A stretch of DNA of 64,000 bases from a virus (taxonomy: Duplodnaviria > Caudoviricetes): positions 17,541 through 81,540 of the IMG/VR virus record IMGVR_UViG_3300027819_000001; one strand, 5' to 3'. A program made the translations under genes and the position numbers. Within the stretch, counting starts at the first letter, position 1. Every line of letters begins with the position of its first letter. Below are positions 39,266-48,207 of the stretch, piece by piece. The notes beneath the pieces were generated by a model, which had not been told where the DNA came from, made no database searches, and saw only the letters and a list, made by a program, of their open reading frames with translations.

Positions 39266-39909
39266 GCTACCAAATCTTCGACATTGAGACCGGACCTCTC
39301 CCTGAGGACCAACTCGCCAGGATAAAACCGGACTTCAAGGCGCCGTCCAACTACAAGGATCCGGTCAAGATCGCCCAGAACATCGCCATCCAACACCAGG
39401 AATGGATATCTGACGCCGCACTTTCGGCTCAAACCGGCCAAATTCTCTGCATCGGCATGTCGGACGGCATCGATTACCAAGTCCTGGAAGGGACCGAGGA
39501 GGAACTCCTGGAGCGATTCTGGCTGGAATGGAGATTTGTCAAAATCCCGGAGCGCGTATTTGTGGGGCACAACATCAAGGGGTTCGATCTTCAGTTCCTC
39601 GTCCAGCGCACCTTCATCCATGGGCTTTACTGCCCTTCGGACGTAATCGAGGGCAACCGATGGAACAAACGCTTCCTCGACACCATGGAGTGGTGGGGTT
39701 GCCGGGCTCATCAATCGTTCATCTCCCTGGACCAACTCTCTAAAGTGCTCGGATTCGGGCCAAAAATAGGCACAGGAGCCGACTTTCACAAACTTTGGGC
39801 TCTGGATCGCCCCAAGGCCGTAGAATACGTCCTGGACGATTTAAAGCGCACCAAGAACTGCGCCGCCAAGATGGGAATGCTCCCACGAACTGAACCTTCC
39901 GCTGGCTGA
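39262..39909 (+). CDS. DnaQ/PolB-type 3'-5' exonuclease
   Basis: FDIET (ExoI), GHNIKGFD (ExoII), Y...D (ExoIII). Confidence 0.85.
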   Translation: MSYQIFDIETGPLPEDQLARIKPDFKAPSNYKDPVKIAQNIAIQHQEWISDAALSAQTGQILCIGMSDGIDYQVLEGTEEELLERFWLEWRFVKIPERVFVGHNIKGFDLQFLVQRTFIHGLYCPSDVIEGNRWNKRFLDTMEWWGCRAHQSFISLDQLSKVLGFGPKIGTGADFHKLWALDRPKAVEYVLDDLKRTKNCAAKMGMLPRTEPSAG

Positions 39910-39969
39910 TCGCCAATTCAACCAGCAGGATTCAACAACAAATTGGCAACAACATAACAAAAACACGCA

Positions 39970-40272
39970 ATGGCAAAAGAAGCTAACAAACCGTCCGAGA
40001 CAGCCGATGAGCTTATCATTGGCGCAATCCAAGAGAACGTCGCGACCCTCTATCGGCGTCATTCCTCGAAAATCAGCGCGATGATCAAAGCATCCGAAAA
40101 TCAGGCGCTAACCGTCAACTTCGCCACGAAAATCGACAAATCTTAGGCGGAAACGTCGGTCGAGACCAAGATCCGGTGCAGTTCGTCCGTTACCGACAAA
40201 GTCACCCAATCGCTGGATCCCGGCCAGGGCAAGTTCTCCTTCAAGGAACCGGGCAAAGAGGGCGAGCAGTAA
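39970..40272 (+). pseudogene. 100-codon ORF with an in-frame TAG at 40144-40146
   Basis: Frame continues AETSVETKI...EGEQ to a TAA one base before the next ATG. Confidence 0.6.
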
Positions 40273-40273
40273 A

Positions 40274-40588
40274 ATGAAGACGGACTGGAGCAAAGTCGAT
40301 TGGTCGAAAACGACCACCCAGATCGCTCGTGAGACGGGTGTTCTTGGAAACTACGTCTCAGCTAAGCGCAGACAGCACGCACCCCACACAGTTCGACTTC
40401 TGCGCCCCACGCCACCGGGTACGTCCAGACAGCGGGAATACCAAAAGAGAAAACATGCTGCTGATCTCTGCTGGGAATGCGGTAAAAAGCTCCAACACTA
40501 CAAGCAATTGTGCGATTCCTGCTACCTGAAGAGACGGCAATGTCGGCGCTCAAAAACAGGTTGCCGCCACTACAAAACAAGGATTTGA
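40274..40588 (+). CDS. HTH-like N-terminus plus 4-Cys zinc finger
   Basis: DWSKTT.QIARE; LCWEC...YKQLCDSC. Confidence 0.6.
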   Translation: MKTDWSKVDWSKTTTQIARETGVLGNYVSAKRRQHAPHTVRLLRPTPPGTSRQREYQKRKHAADLCWECGKKLQHYKQLCDSCYLKRRQCRRSKTGCRHYKTRI

Positions 40589-40598
40589 AAAATATTCC

Positions 40599-40627
40599 TT
40601 GCCACACGATGGGATCTGTCCCATAAC
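40599..40627 (+). promoter_or_regulatory. Putative promoter of the replication operon
   Basis: TTGCCA-N17-CATAAC, followed by AACGG...ACGG. Confidence 0.5.
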
Positions 40628-40679
40628 GGAAACACGGCTGTGACAGGCCATTCAGATGAACGAAACAATTCTCAACAAT

Positions 40680-40869
40680 GCCACCAGCGAAATGGGTTCT
40701 CTGAGCTTCCCCGGCTCTTGTCTGGCCCGCTGTCACTCGCTGGTGGTATTTTTGAGGATTGGGTCGTGTTAGGCCAGTCCTCACCCACCGCCATCGTCCG
40801 TTGCACCCTGTCCCGTGGTGATGAATCACGATCTGTTGGGGCGCTTCTGGACGGTGGCGTCTTTTTTTT
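40680..40869 (+). ncRNA. Structured leader / attenuator-like element upstream of the replication genes
   Basis: Three long stems (40680-40747, 40753-40783, 40789-40859), the last followed by T8 and the ATG. Confidence 0.55.
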
Positions 40870-41160
40870 ATGCCGATCATAAAGTCCACAAACTCAAAGA
40901 TGTTTCCAGTCCATCCAGATTTGGATGAGGCCGGATTAACCCCATACGAATTCAGGGTCTACTGTCACATCGCCCGTCTTGACTACGGAGAGATGGAGAC
41001 AAGACCTCTTCTTCACATGGCTGAGCACTGCGACATGTCGCGGGAAATGTTCAAGAACTGTCTGGCGGAGTTGTTAGCCCGAAGAATGATCGTCAAGCTC
41101 GCCGCTCCCAATGGAAAGCCTGTCACGTATGGCATCGTCAACCGAACGGACTGGCTATGA
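40870..41160 (+). CDS. Winged-helix (HTH_36-like) protein
   Basis: LTPYEFRVYCHIAR...MAEHCDMSREMFKNCLAEL. Confidence 0.7.
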   Translation: MPIIKSTNSKMFPVHPDLDEAGLTPYEFRVYCHIARLDYGEMETRPLLHMAEHCDMSREMFKNCLAELLARRMIVKLAAPNGKPVTYGIVNRTDWL

Positions 41161-41480
41161 GCGAACCTTACCCAGAACTGTTTCCGCAGTCGGTGTTTGT
41201 CCGGGAAACGATCCGTCAATCACCAAATGCTTACGCTTTGATCAATTCGACAGGAATCAACGATCCAAAACTTTCTTGGGCTGCAAAAGGAGTCCTGGCT
41301 CTCATGATCTCACGCGAGGACAGATCCTCAACGACTTCAAACGCTGTGAACCTTTGTGCTAATGATTCGCCCGGCGAGTTCGATCTGGCGGTCGATTGCC
41401 TTATCGAAAACGGTTATGCCGAGTACGTCGACGGAAAGCTCTGGTTCTACGACGTTCCGAAGTCTGGAGGTTTTCGATGA
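41157..41480 (+). CDS. Winged-helix protein paralogous to the initiator N-terminus
   Basis: I.DPKLSW.AKG.L motif shared with 41477..42427. Confidence 0.7.
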   Translation: MSEPYPELFPQSVFVRETIRQSPNAYALINSTGINDPKLSWAAKGVLALMISREDRSSTTSNAVNLCANDSPGEFDLAVDCLIENGYAEYVDGKLWFYDVPKSGGFR

Positions 41481-42427
41481 AGGACACTATTTTCGTGACG
41501 CAAAACAAGGAGGCTCCGTTCACAAAGATATCCAAATCATTCATAGATAATCCGAAGCTCTCTTGGACCGCCAAGGCAATTCTTGTCTACCTCAAAGGAA
41601 AGCCAAACGGTTGGTCAATCCAGATCACTGACATTATCAATCACTCAACAGACAAGGAGACCGCAGTAAGGGCCGCATTGAAAGAACTTCGTCTGGCCAA
41701 GCACGCCAAGATTGAGACTGTTCGTTCTGAGGGTAAAATCGTGGAGCGATATTGGGTGGTAAGTGAGGATCCAATCCTAGAAGACAAAAGCTTATTGTGG
41801 AAAACCTCAAATAAGGAAAACCAAAACAAGGAAACCTCAATTGAGAAAACCTTAATTAAGGAAACCAGTACGCTTAGTAAGACTGAAGATGTACAAAGAA
41901 TAGAAGATGTACAAAGAATGAAGGTCGCTGAAGCTCCAAAATCTTGGGAGGAAGGAATTCCATGGGATTCAGACAATCCAAATCATCCTGACTATCTCTA
42001 CGCTCATCCTGAGGAGAGACCACAGATGGAACTCATTAATGCTCGGGAACTGAACGAACCCACCCAAGTGCCGGTCGCCCCTCCCTCAGCGAAGTCCAAC
42101 AAAGCAGATCGGGATCAGGCGGAAGTTCTTCGCGTTCCAGTCCCTCACAATCTTGATACCGAGGAATTTTGGAAGCACTGGATCATGTGGCTCAACGAGA
42201 GAAGGGTGAAGCGCAAGGCCGTATCCGTGCAGGCGGCGAAGATGCAGCTTAACGATCTATCCGGGCTTGGTGTTGCGAACGCGATCAAATCGATCCAGCA
42301 ATCGATCAAGAACGGGTACCAAGGACTTTTCCCGCCAAGGGAAGAAACAAGCAGAGTAAATGGAAGGACCGACTACAGGGCAAGAGACCGAGAACCAGGA
42401 ATGAAAATGAAAGTAACCGAATACTGA
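41477..42427 (+). CDS. Replication initiator (lambda O / replisome-organizer-like)
   Basis: N-terminal wHTH (FID.PKLSW.AK), iteron-encoded linker, C-terminal W..W...R...I.QSI.NGYQGLF domain; followed by a DnaC-like loader. Confidence 0.85.
   Translation: MKDTIFVTQNKEAPFTKISKSFIDNPKLSWTAKAILVYLKGKPNGWSIQITDIINHSTDKETAVRAALKELRLAKHAKIETVRSEGKIVERYWVVSEDPILEDKSLLWKTSNKENQNKETSIEKTLIKETSTLSKTEDVQRIEDVQRMKVAEAPKSWEEGIPWDSDNPNHPDYLYAHPEERPQMELINARELNEPTQVPVAPPSAKSNKADRDQAEVLRVPVPHNLDTEEFWKHWIMWLNERRVKRKAVSVQAAKMQLNDLSGLGVANAIKSIQQSIKNGYQGLFPPREETSRVNGRTDYRARDREPGMKMKVTEY
41799..41920 (+). repeat. Iteron-like repeats (putative origin) inside the initiator gene
   Basis: Five ~15-bp spaced G(G/A)AAA(A)CC units (41799-41866) plus GAAGATGTACAAAGAAT x2 (41885, 41903). 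Confidence 0.7.
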
Positions 42428-42430
42428 CCT

Positions 42431-43069
42431 ATGGAAGACTATTTTGAAAAGATGCTGGAGCGACTATCGAAGATCAAGCCGAAGACTGATGCCGAGATGG
42501 CGGAGTATGAGGCGGATAAACGTCGGGAGAGAGCCGTTGAACTTCGAGGCGAAAGTGGGATCGAGATGGACAGGTTCTCTAAACCGCTGATCAAGGACGG
42601 TCGCTGGGAAACCTTGAGGCAAACCCTGGTGTCCAAGCTTGGCACCGGGTTGATGTGCGCCCTGGTTGGGGTGAGGGGGAACGGCAAGACCCAGCTTGGT
42701 GTGGAGATCATCCGGGCCGCTACTGAGAAAGGATGGACCGGGTATCTGGTACGATCGACGCGCCTGATGATGCGAATCAAGGGAGCGATCAACTCTAGCG
42801 GTTCGCCGGAGGACGTTATCGAAGAATACATCGGATACCGGGTTCTGGTAATCGACGAGATAGAGAAAGGCATCGGGACCGGGTACGAGAGCCAGATGTT
42901 CTTTGAGCTTTTGGTGTCCAGGTCGGAGAAGGGAACCAGGCGGGACACGATCCTGATCAGTAACGAGACGGACGAGGAAGCATTCAGGTCTGTGATTGGG
43001 GATTCGCTTGGCTCCAGGATGAACGCGAACGGCGGGATCATCCGCTGTGGGTGGCCGTCATACCGTTGA
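42431..43069 (+). CDS. DnaC/IstB-like helicase loader ATPase
   Basis: GVRGNGKT, VLVIDE, TILISN motifs. Confidence 0.9.
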   Translation: MEDYFEKMLERLSKIKPKTDAEMAEYEADKRRERAVELRGESGIEMDRFSKPLIKDGRWETLRQTLVSKLGTGLMCALVGVRGNGKTQLGVEIIRAATEKGWTGYLVRSTRLMMRIKGAINSSGSPEDVIEEYIGYRVLVIDEIEKGIGTGYESQMFFELLVSRSEKGTRRDTILISNETDEEAFRSVIGDSLGSRMNANGGIIRCGWPSYR

Positions 43070-43073
43070 ATTT

Positions 43074-43607
43074 ATGAAAACGATAATCACATTCAAAACG
43101 TCGGTGCTGGTGGAGGATGAGGTAACCATGACGCAACTGGTTGACGTGTTATTCCGGTGCAAGGGTGTTGGCGCTCCATTGGAATACACGGTCACAAATG
43201 AAACGGATGATTTTCTTTACTTTGGGCCAGATCCCAAAATCAATCCAGAGACTGGAAAGGTCGAGTGCGGAGCCATTCACTCTGACATGGAAGGGATGAG
43301 ATGCACAGAAGAAGATGGTCATTCCGGACCGCATAAGCACGGAAAAACAGGAACGAGTTGGTTAGCCGGGGCCATGGCCTTACTGAATGAATTCGGACTT
43401 CCAAACGAAGTGGACAAAGTTAAGGCAAAGCAGGCGAGGATGCCAACTTCGCCCATCGATCCTCACACGCGGTGTTCAAGCAAGTACGCCGGAAACCAAT
43501 GCCTTTTTAATGTTGGCCACGAAGGCAATCACAGTGGGGGGATGAGTTCATGGAACGACTTCGATGCCAAGACCCATCCTCATGGACCGCATGGGGGTGT
43601 CGAGTGA
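43074..43607 (+). CDS. Hypothetical protein with two C..C....GH.G.H metal-binding repeats
   Basis: CTEEDGHSGPH and CLFNVGHEGNH. Confidence 0.55.
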   Translation: MKTIITFKTSVLVEDEVTMTQLVDVLFRCKGVGAPLEYTVTNETDDFLYFGPDPKINPETGKVECGAIHSDMEGMRCTEEDGHSGPHKHGKTGTSWLAGAMALLNEFGLPNEVDKVKAKQARMPTSPIDPHTRCSSKYAGNQCLFNVGHEGNHSGGMSSWNDFDAKTHPHGPHGGVE

Positions 43608-43992
43608 AACCGACCTGCTGCGAACTATGCGGAAAGCAGAAGGAGCTTTTCCAGATAAGCTGGTCGAACAAGCACCAGGCGTGGACGTGCCTGTGGTGCT
43701 ACCTCACCTACCCGGTATGAACATGACCAAACAGGAATACGCCATCAAGTTGGCCTGGTTTAGGAAGTTGAAGGGGCTGTCGCACGACACGATGGCTGAA
43801 CGGATGGAGAAGAAGTTCGGCCATCTTTCTACTCAGCCAGTCTCTTGGCACATGATCCTTGAGGGGATAGAGGCTGGCGCTATCGACGCCAAGGATCAAG
43901 GCGTGGCAATGGTTGCTTACGGTCTTGGGATGTCGGTTGAAGACTTTGTCGGTCAAAAAGCCAAAACTTTGAGGAAGATGACCATCGTATGA
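43564..43992 (+). CDS. XRE-like HTH protein
   Basis: LAWFRKLKGLSHDTMAERM. Confidence 0.55.
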   Translation: MPRPILMDRMGVSSETDLLRTMRKAEGAFPDKLVEQAPGVDVPVVLPHLPGMNMTKQEYAIKLAWFRKLKGLSHDTMAERMEKKFGHLSTQPVSWHMILEGIEAGAIDAKDQGVAMVAYGLGMSVEDFVGQKAKTLRKMTIV

Positions 43993-44231
43993 GCACCACC
44001 ACGATCAAGCTTTGGTACGTGTCGGAGACTTCCAAGGCGAGACGGTATTGCAAGCTGCCGTTGAGCCGCAATCCAACCGACAGCGATTATTTGTACGTGC
44101 CTTTGAGCATCATCGAGCACACCACCAAGTGGGCACCGCTGAAGGATGACAAAGGGCGTTTGGTTGGATGCGAACGATGGTGCCATGAGGTAACGCTCCC
44201 GGACTGGTTTATCGAGAAGGAGAAGCTTTGA
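43989..44231 (+). CDS. Hypothetical protein
   Basis: ET.KAR...VPLS.I...VTLP.WF phage motif. Confidence 0.6.
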   Translation: MSTTTIKLWYVSETSKARRYCKLPLSRNPTDSDYLYVPLSIIEHTTKWAPLKDDKGRLVGCERWCHEVTLPDWFIEKEKL

Positions 44232-44749
44232 AACCCTACTACGAAGACGACCGGGCCACGATTTACCACGGCGATTGCCGTTCGATTCTGCCAAACCTGG
44301 TGGAAGGAGTCCTTGTCACCGATCCTGTCTGGCCAAACGCGACGGCTGACGTTTCGCGGCCGAACTACAAGGGAAGGTTGTTGGCTGGAACGGACATCGG
44401 ATACCTGTTCGGAGAGCCGCCATCGGTGACGCCTGGCCGGATGCTGATCGCTGGGATGTGCCGGGATGCCTCCTCCGATGGGAAACAGACAGACCATCCG
44501 TGCCCAAGGAAGCTTAAGCACGTCAAGTGGCTGCTGAGACAGTGGACGGATTCATGGGAGATCGCCGTTGATCCGTTCGCCGGGAGTTGCACGACCGCTT
44601 TAGCGGCAAAGGAGATGGGTCAGAAGTCCATCTGCATCGAAATTGAGGAGCGGTACTGCGAGATGGGAGCCAACCGCCTTACACAAGCGATGCTGGACCT
44701 CGATGTATTTCACGACCCAGTTCTACGAGACAAGCTTTTGGCAATATGA
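44228..44749 (+). CDS. N4/N6 DNA methyltransferase (beta class), unusually short
   Basis: TIYHGDC, TDPVW (for DPPY), HPCPR, VDPFAGSCTT, IEIEERYC; 173 aa. Confidence 0.8.
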   Translation: MKPYYEDDRATIYHGDCRSILPNLVEGVLVTDPVWPNATADVSRPNYKGRLLAGTDIGYLFGEPPSVTPGRMLIAGMCRDASSDGKQTDHPCPRKLKHVKWLLRQWTDSWEIAVDPFAGSCTTALAAKEMGQKSICIEIEERYCEMGANRLTQAMLDLDVFHDPVLRDKLLAI

Positions 44750-46251
44750 ATTCCACGACCACCGTAACCGGTCCTGATGTCCAGGACTGCCCATTCCCGG
44801 CAGAAGCGGATAACCATAGGCCCGTAAAATCGACGCTAAGGCCCCTAAACGCCTCCGAGAGGCTTCCGCCGCACTCGATGGAGGCAGAACAAGGGATCCT
44901 TGGCTGCGTGCTCCTTGGAGGCGATTCTATGGGCCAATGCATCGAAGAGCTCCCGATGGGGGTGATGTCGTTCTACGACCTTCGTCACCAGCAGCTATTC
45001 GAGACCATGTCTGAAATGTATCAGGAACAGGTGCCGATTGATGCCATAACGGTTCAACAGAAGCTCCGGGACCAGGGTCAACTTGAGGCTGTGGGAGGAC
45101 TTTCCTACCTGTTCAAGCTGACGGAGGCTGTTCCGAGTGCCACCCATATCGGTCATTACATCGGGATTGTGGCTGAAAAGGCTATGCTCCGGGACATCGT
45201 TAGGGTGTGTACCGGGTGCGTTGCCAGGCTTTACGATCATGAGGATGAGCCAAGGGGTGTGTTGGAAGGGCTTGAGCGCGATGTGATGAAGATAGGGACG
45301 GCTTGCTCCGTAGGAGGGGTGAAACCGATCAAAGATCTGGTCCATGGCGCCATAAACGCCATTGAGGATTGCCATCAAAAAGGGAAGATGCTCAGCGGAT
45401 TGAGCACCGGGTTCATCGATTTCGACAAAATGACCAGGGGGTTGAAGGGGAACGAGTTCATCGTCATCGCAGGTAGACCTTCGATGGGCAAGAGCAGTAT
45501 CGCCATGAACATGGTAGAGCACATCGCCATCGACCAAGGTCAAGCGGTGGGGGTGTTCAGCCTGGAAATGAGCGCCGAATCCCTGGTTCTGAGAATGTTG
45601 TGCTCGCGCTCTAGGGTGAATCTGAACAATCTCCAGGACGGGTTCCTTCCAGATCGATACTTTCCAAAGATCACCGGGGCGGCAGGGCAGCTAGCCAAGG
45701 CTCCGATCTTCATAGACGACACCGCCTCCATGACCGTGATGCAGCTTCGGGCAAAGTCTCACCGGATGGTGGCACAGTACCGCATAAAGCTGATCGTGAT
45801 CGATTACATCCAGTTGGTTAAGCCATCCAGGTCGGACGGAAAGATGGACCGTAACCGTGAGATCGGTGAGATTTCGGCTGGGATCAAAGCACTGTCCAAG
45901 GAACTGAACATTCCAGTGATTGCATTGAGCCAGTTGAATCGTGACGTTGAACGGGAGAAGAACAGGAAGCCGAAGCTCTCCGATCTCCGCGACTCCGGTT
46001 CCATAGAACAGGATGCTGACATTGTCTGCATGCTCTACAAACCGAACGAGCACGCAGAAGACGGAGAATTATCCCGCGTATTCGAAGCCGTTCCAATCAA
46101 TCTCCTGATCGCCAAACAACGAAACGGTCCGACCGGGGACGTTCATCTCACATTCCTCAAAGGATACACACGGTTCGAGAGCGCCGCCAAGGTGAGCAAT
46201 GAGGACGTTCCTCCGGATGACCAATACACCATGCCATACCAAGAATCATGA
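44746..46251 (+). CDS. dnaB: Replicative DNA helicase
   Basis: PPHS.EAEQ, GRPSMGKS, IVIDYIQL, SQLNR, DLRDSGSIEQDAD, AKQRNGPTG. Confidence 0.97.
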   Translation: MNSTTTVTGPDVQDCPFPAEADNHRPVKSTLRPLNASERLPPHSMEAEQGILGCVLLGGDSMGQCIEELPMGVMSFYDLRHQQLFETMSEMYQEQVPIDAITVQQKLRDQGQLEAVGGLSYLFKLTEAVPSATHIGHYIGIVAEKAMLRDIVRVCTGCVARLYDHEDEPRGVLEGLERDVMKIGTACSVGGVKPIKDLVHGAINAIEDCHQKGKMLSGLSTGFIDFDKMTRGLKGNEFIVIAGRPSMGKSSIAMNMVEHIAIDQGQAVGVFSLEMSAESLVLRMLCSRSRVNLNNLQDGFLPDRYFPKITGAAGQLAKAPIFIDDTASMTVMQLRAKSHRMVAQYRIKLIVIDYIQLVKPSRSDGKMDRNREIGEISAGIKALSKELNIPVIALSQLNRDVEREKNRKPKLSDLRDSGSIEQDADIVCMLYKPNEHAEDGELSRVFEAVPINLLIAKQRNGPTGDVHLTFLKGYTRFESAAKVSNEDVPPDDQYTMPYQES

Positions 46252-46820
46252 ATCCAGAACTCGCAGAAATCTACCTCACCATGTCCCGCGTCCTGATCGA
46301 TTGTGGTCCCGTCGTGATCGCCGGTGGTGCCGTCCGGGACACGTTGATGGGAGTAGAACCAAAGGATTACGACGTTTTCATACTGAACACCGACAAGGCA
46401 AAGGATGGAAAGACAATCGCGGAGAAGCTGGCCGTTGAATTCAAAACCGTGGAACCGAAGGAATACCACAAGTCCGAACCTTACTTAGTCGAGACGGTGA
46501 TGGTAGGAGATGCCTTTGTTCAGGTGATGGCATCCTCGTTCACGAGTGTTACCGAGTTGGTGGCATCATTCGATTGGAACGTGTGCCTGTTCGCCTACGA
46601 TGGAGAGTTCCACCAACGCACTTCCATCGAGGACATCGCGCCTGGCAAGGACCTCGTGCTCCAGAAGAACACATTCCCGGTGAGCACGCTCCGACGTGGA
46701 TTCCGTTTTAGCGAACGATTCGGCATGAAGCTGCCAAAGGACACGCTTATCCAGCTCTGCATTGATGTGCTGGAGCAGTCGCAGATCGACGATCATAACA
46801 TTCAGGAACCACCGCTATGA
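46248..46820 (+). CDS. tRNA nucleotidyltransferase / poly(A) polymerase head-domain protein
   Basis: IAGGAVRD.L.G.EPKDYD motif; SFDWNVC; RRGFRF; 190 aa. Confidence 0.8.
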   Translation: MNPELAEIYLTMSRVLIDCGPVVIAGGAVRDTLMGVEPKDYDVFILNTDKAKDGKTIAEKLAVEFKTVEPKEYHKSEPYLVETVMVGDAFVQVMASSFTSVTELVASFDWNVCLFAYDGEFHQRTSIEDIAPGKDLVLQKNTFPVSTLRRGFRFSERFGMKLPKDTLIQLCIDVLEQSQIDDHNIQEPPL

Positions 46821-46967
46821 CCTACGAATTCACCATCGCCTACCGTGGACACCTCACCATCGTGGCTAAGACCGAAGAGGAAGCCACCGAACTCGCGGAG
46901 CAACAGCTTCCCGATGATGCCAGAATCGATGTCGAGTGCAGTGTTCCAGTTCAAAAATCGAATCCTG

Positions 46968-46996
46968 TTGACGAATAGCCCATGCGCACGTAAGTG
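46968..46996 (+). promoter_or_regulatory. Sigma70-like promoter of the KH gene
   Basis: TTGACG-N17-TAAGTG, followed by AACGGCGACGATTGACGACT-ATG. Confidence 0.55.
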
Positions 46997-47025
46997 TTTC
47001 ACAACAACGGCGACGATTGACGACT

Positions 47026-47568
47026 ATGACCAAACCTCAGGCTAAAGAATGTTCCGACTTTCTCTTCCTCACGATATCCAAGTTGGTAACAACGCCAGAC
47101 GAACTTCAGGTGGGTGATTTGCTTGGGAACTCTTTCCCTGTATCGGCCAACAAGCTGGACCGGAAACTGATCATCGGCGCCAAGGGACGTACGATCGCCA
47201 GCATCACGGCATTCCTGAATCAGTTCGCATCGGTGCGAGGATTGCAGACGGACCTGGAGGTAAAGGTCCAGGATGATCCCGAGTCCGGCAATGGAAGCCA
47301 GGAGAGGATCCCGGACGTTCGAAAACGATGGGCGGAGTCAGACAATGATTCGATAAGAGTTTTGGCTGGAAACATTTACGCTCGATTGTTTCCATATTCT
47401 CACAGCCTGATCCTGGTCAGGTCTTCGGCACGCGAGACGGTGGTTGAGTTGGACCAGAACGAATTAAACCCAACGTTGATGGGAGCTTTCTTCCACTACT
47501 TCCGGGCCGTGGGAATGTCCCGAGGCAGAGTGATAACCTTTGTCAGGCTCGATGAAGTCGTGCCGTGA
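47026..47568 (+). CDS. KhpA-like KH-domain RNA-binding protein with a C-terminal extension
   Basis: FL...ISKLV..PDEL.V ... LIIGAKGRTIASI (GxxG loop). Confidence 0.75.
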   Translation: MTKPQAKECSDFLFLTISKLVTTPDELQVGDLLGNSFPVSANKLDRKLIIGAKGRTIASITAFLNQFASVRGLQTDLEVKVQDDPESGNGSQERIPDVRKRWAESDNDSIRVLAGNIYARLFPYSHSLILVRSSARETVVELDQNELNPTLMGAFFHYFRAVGMSRGRVITFVRLDEVVP

Positions 47569-47735
47569 CGGGAAGTGTGGATGTGTTGATTTTGCGGTAC
47601 GGAAAGAACCAGCCCTTGTAGGGAACGGTGGTCCTGATGGTGACAACTTCCGCTGTCGCCACATCAGGCTGGCACGGGATTGGGTTGGTAAACGAATGCT
47701 GGATGCAGTAATGCACGCTAGAGCAGCGGAAGAGA

Positions 47736-47757
47736 AACGGCTACGGACTACGATATG
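47736..47757 (+). promoter_or_regulatory. ACGG-repeat motif copy (AACGGCTACGGACTACGAT-ATG)
   Basis: Matches the copies at 19770 and 38183. Confidence 0.6.
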
Positions 47758-48171
47758 AAAGAATTGGACATCAGAATTGCGATTGCCAAATCGCTTGGGT
47801 GGGTGTGGTCTCCAGAGACTCACAGCGAATACGACGAGACTCCGCACACGGTACCGGCACTAGATTGCTGGTGGCACAGGCCAGAGAATGTTACCTGCTG
47901 GTGCGATCTTGGAAAATGGACCACCGATCTCAACGAGGCGATCAAGCTGTGTGACCTTATGGCTACGCACGCCTGGAACGCGACAATCGAACGCTGGCCA
48001 TCGGGAGGTTGGGAAGTCACCTTCGGTTCTCCCAAAGAATCTCACTACGCTCCAAAGGATAGCCTTCCTCTCGCCATCTGCGAAGCCTACCTCCGAGTGA
48101 AAGGACTGTGGAAAGATGAAGAGGATTTTCATGGCGGCATGGTGCGCGGGGAGAGCCCGCGACCGGGTTGA
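47755..48171 (+). CDS. Phage ABA-sandwich-like protein
   Basis: IAK.LGW...TTDLNEA...SLPLAIC.AYL pattern. Confidence 0.6.
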   Translation: MKELDIRIAIAKSLGWVWSPETHSEYDETPHTVPALDCWWHRPENVTCWCDLGKWTTDLNEAIKLCDLMATHAWNATIERWPSGGWEVTFGSPKESHYAPKDSLPLAICEAYLRVKGLWKDEEDFHGGMVRGESPRPG

Positions 48172-48207
48172 CAGTAGAATACGAGATTCCCTGCATGAAA
48201 CACCGCC

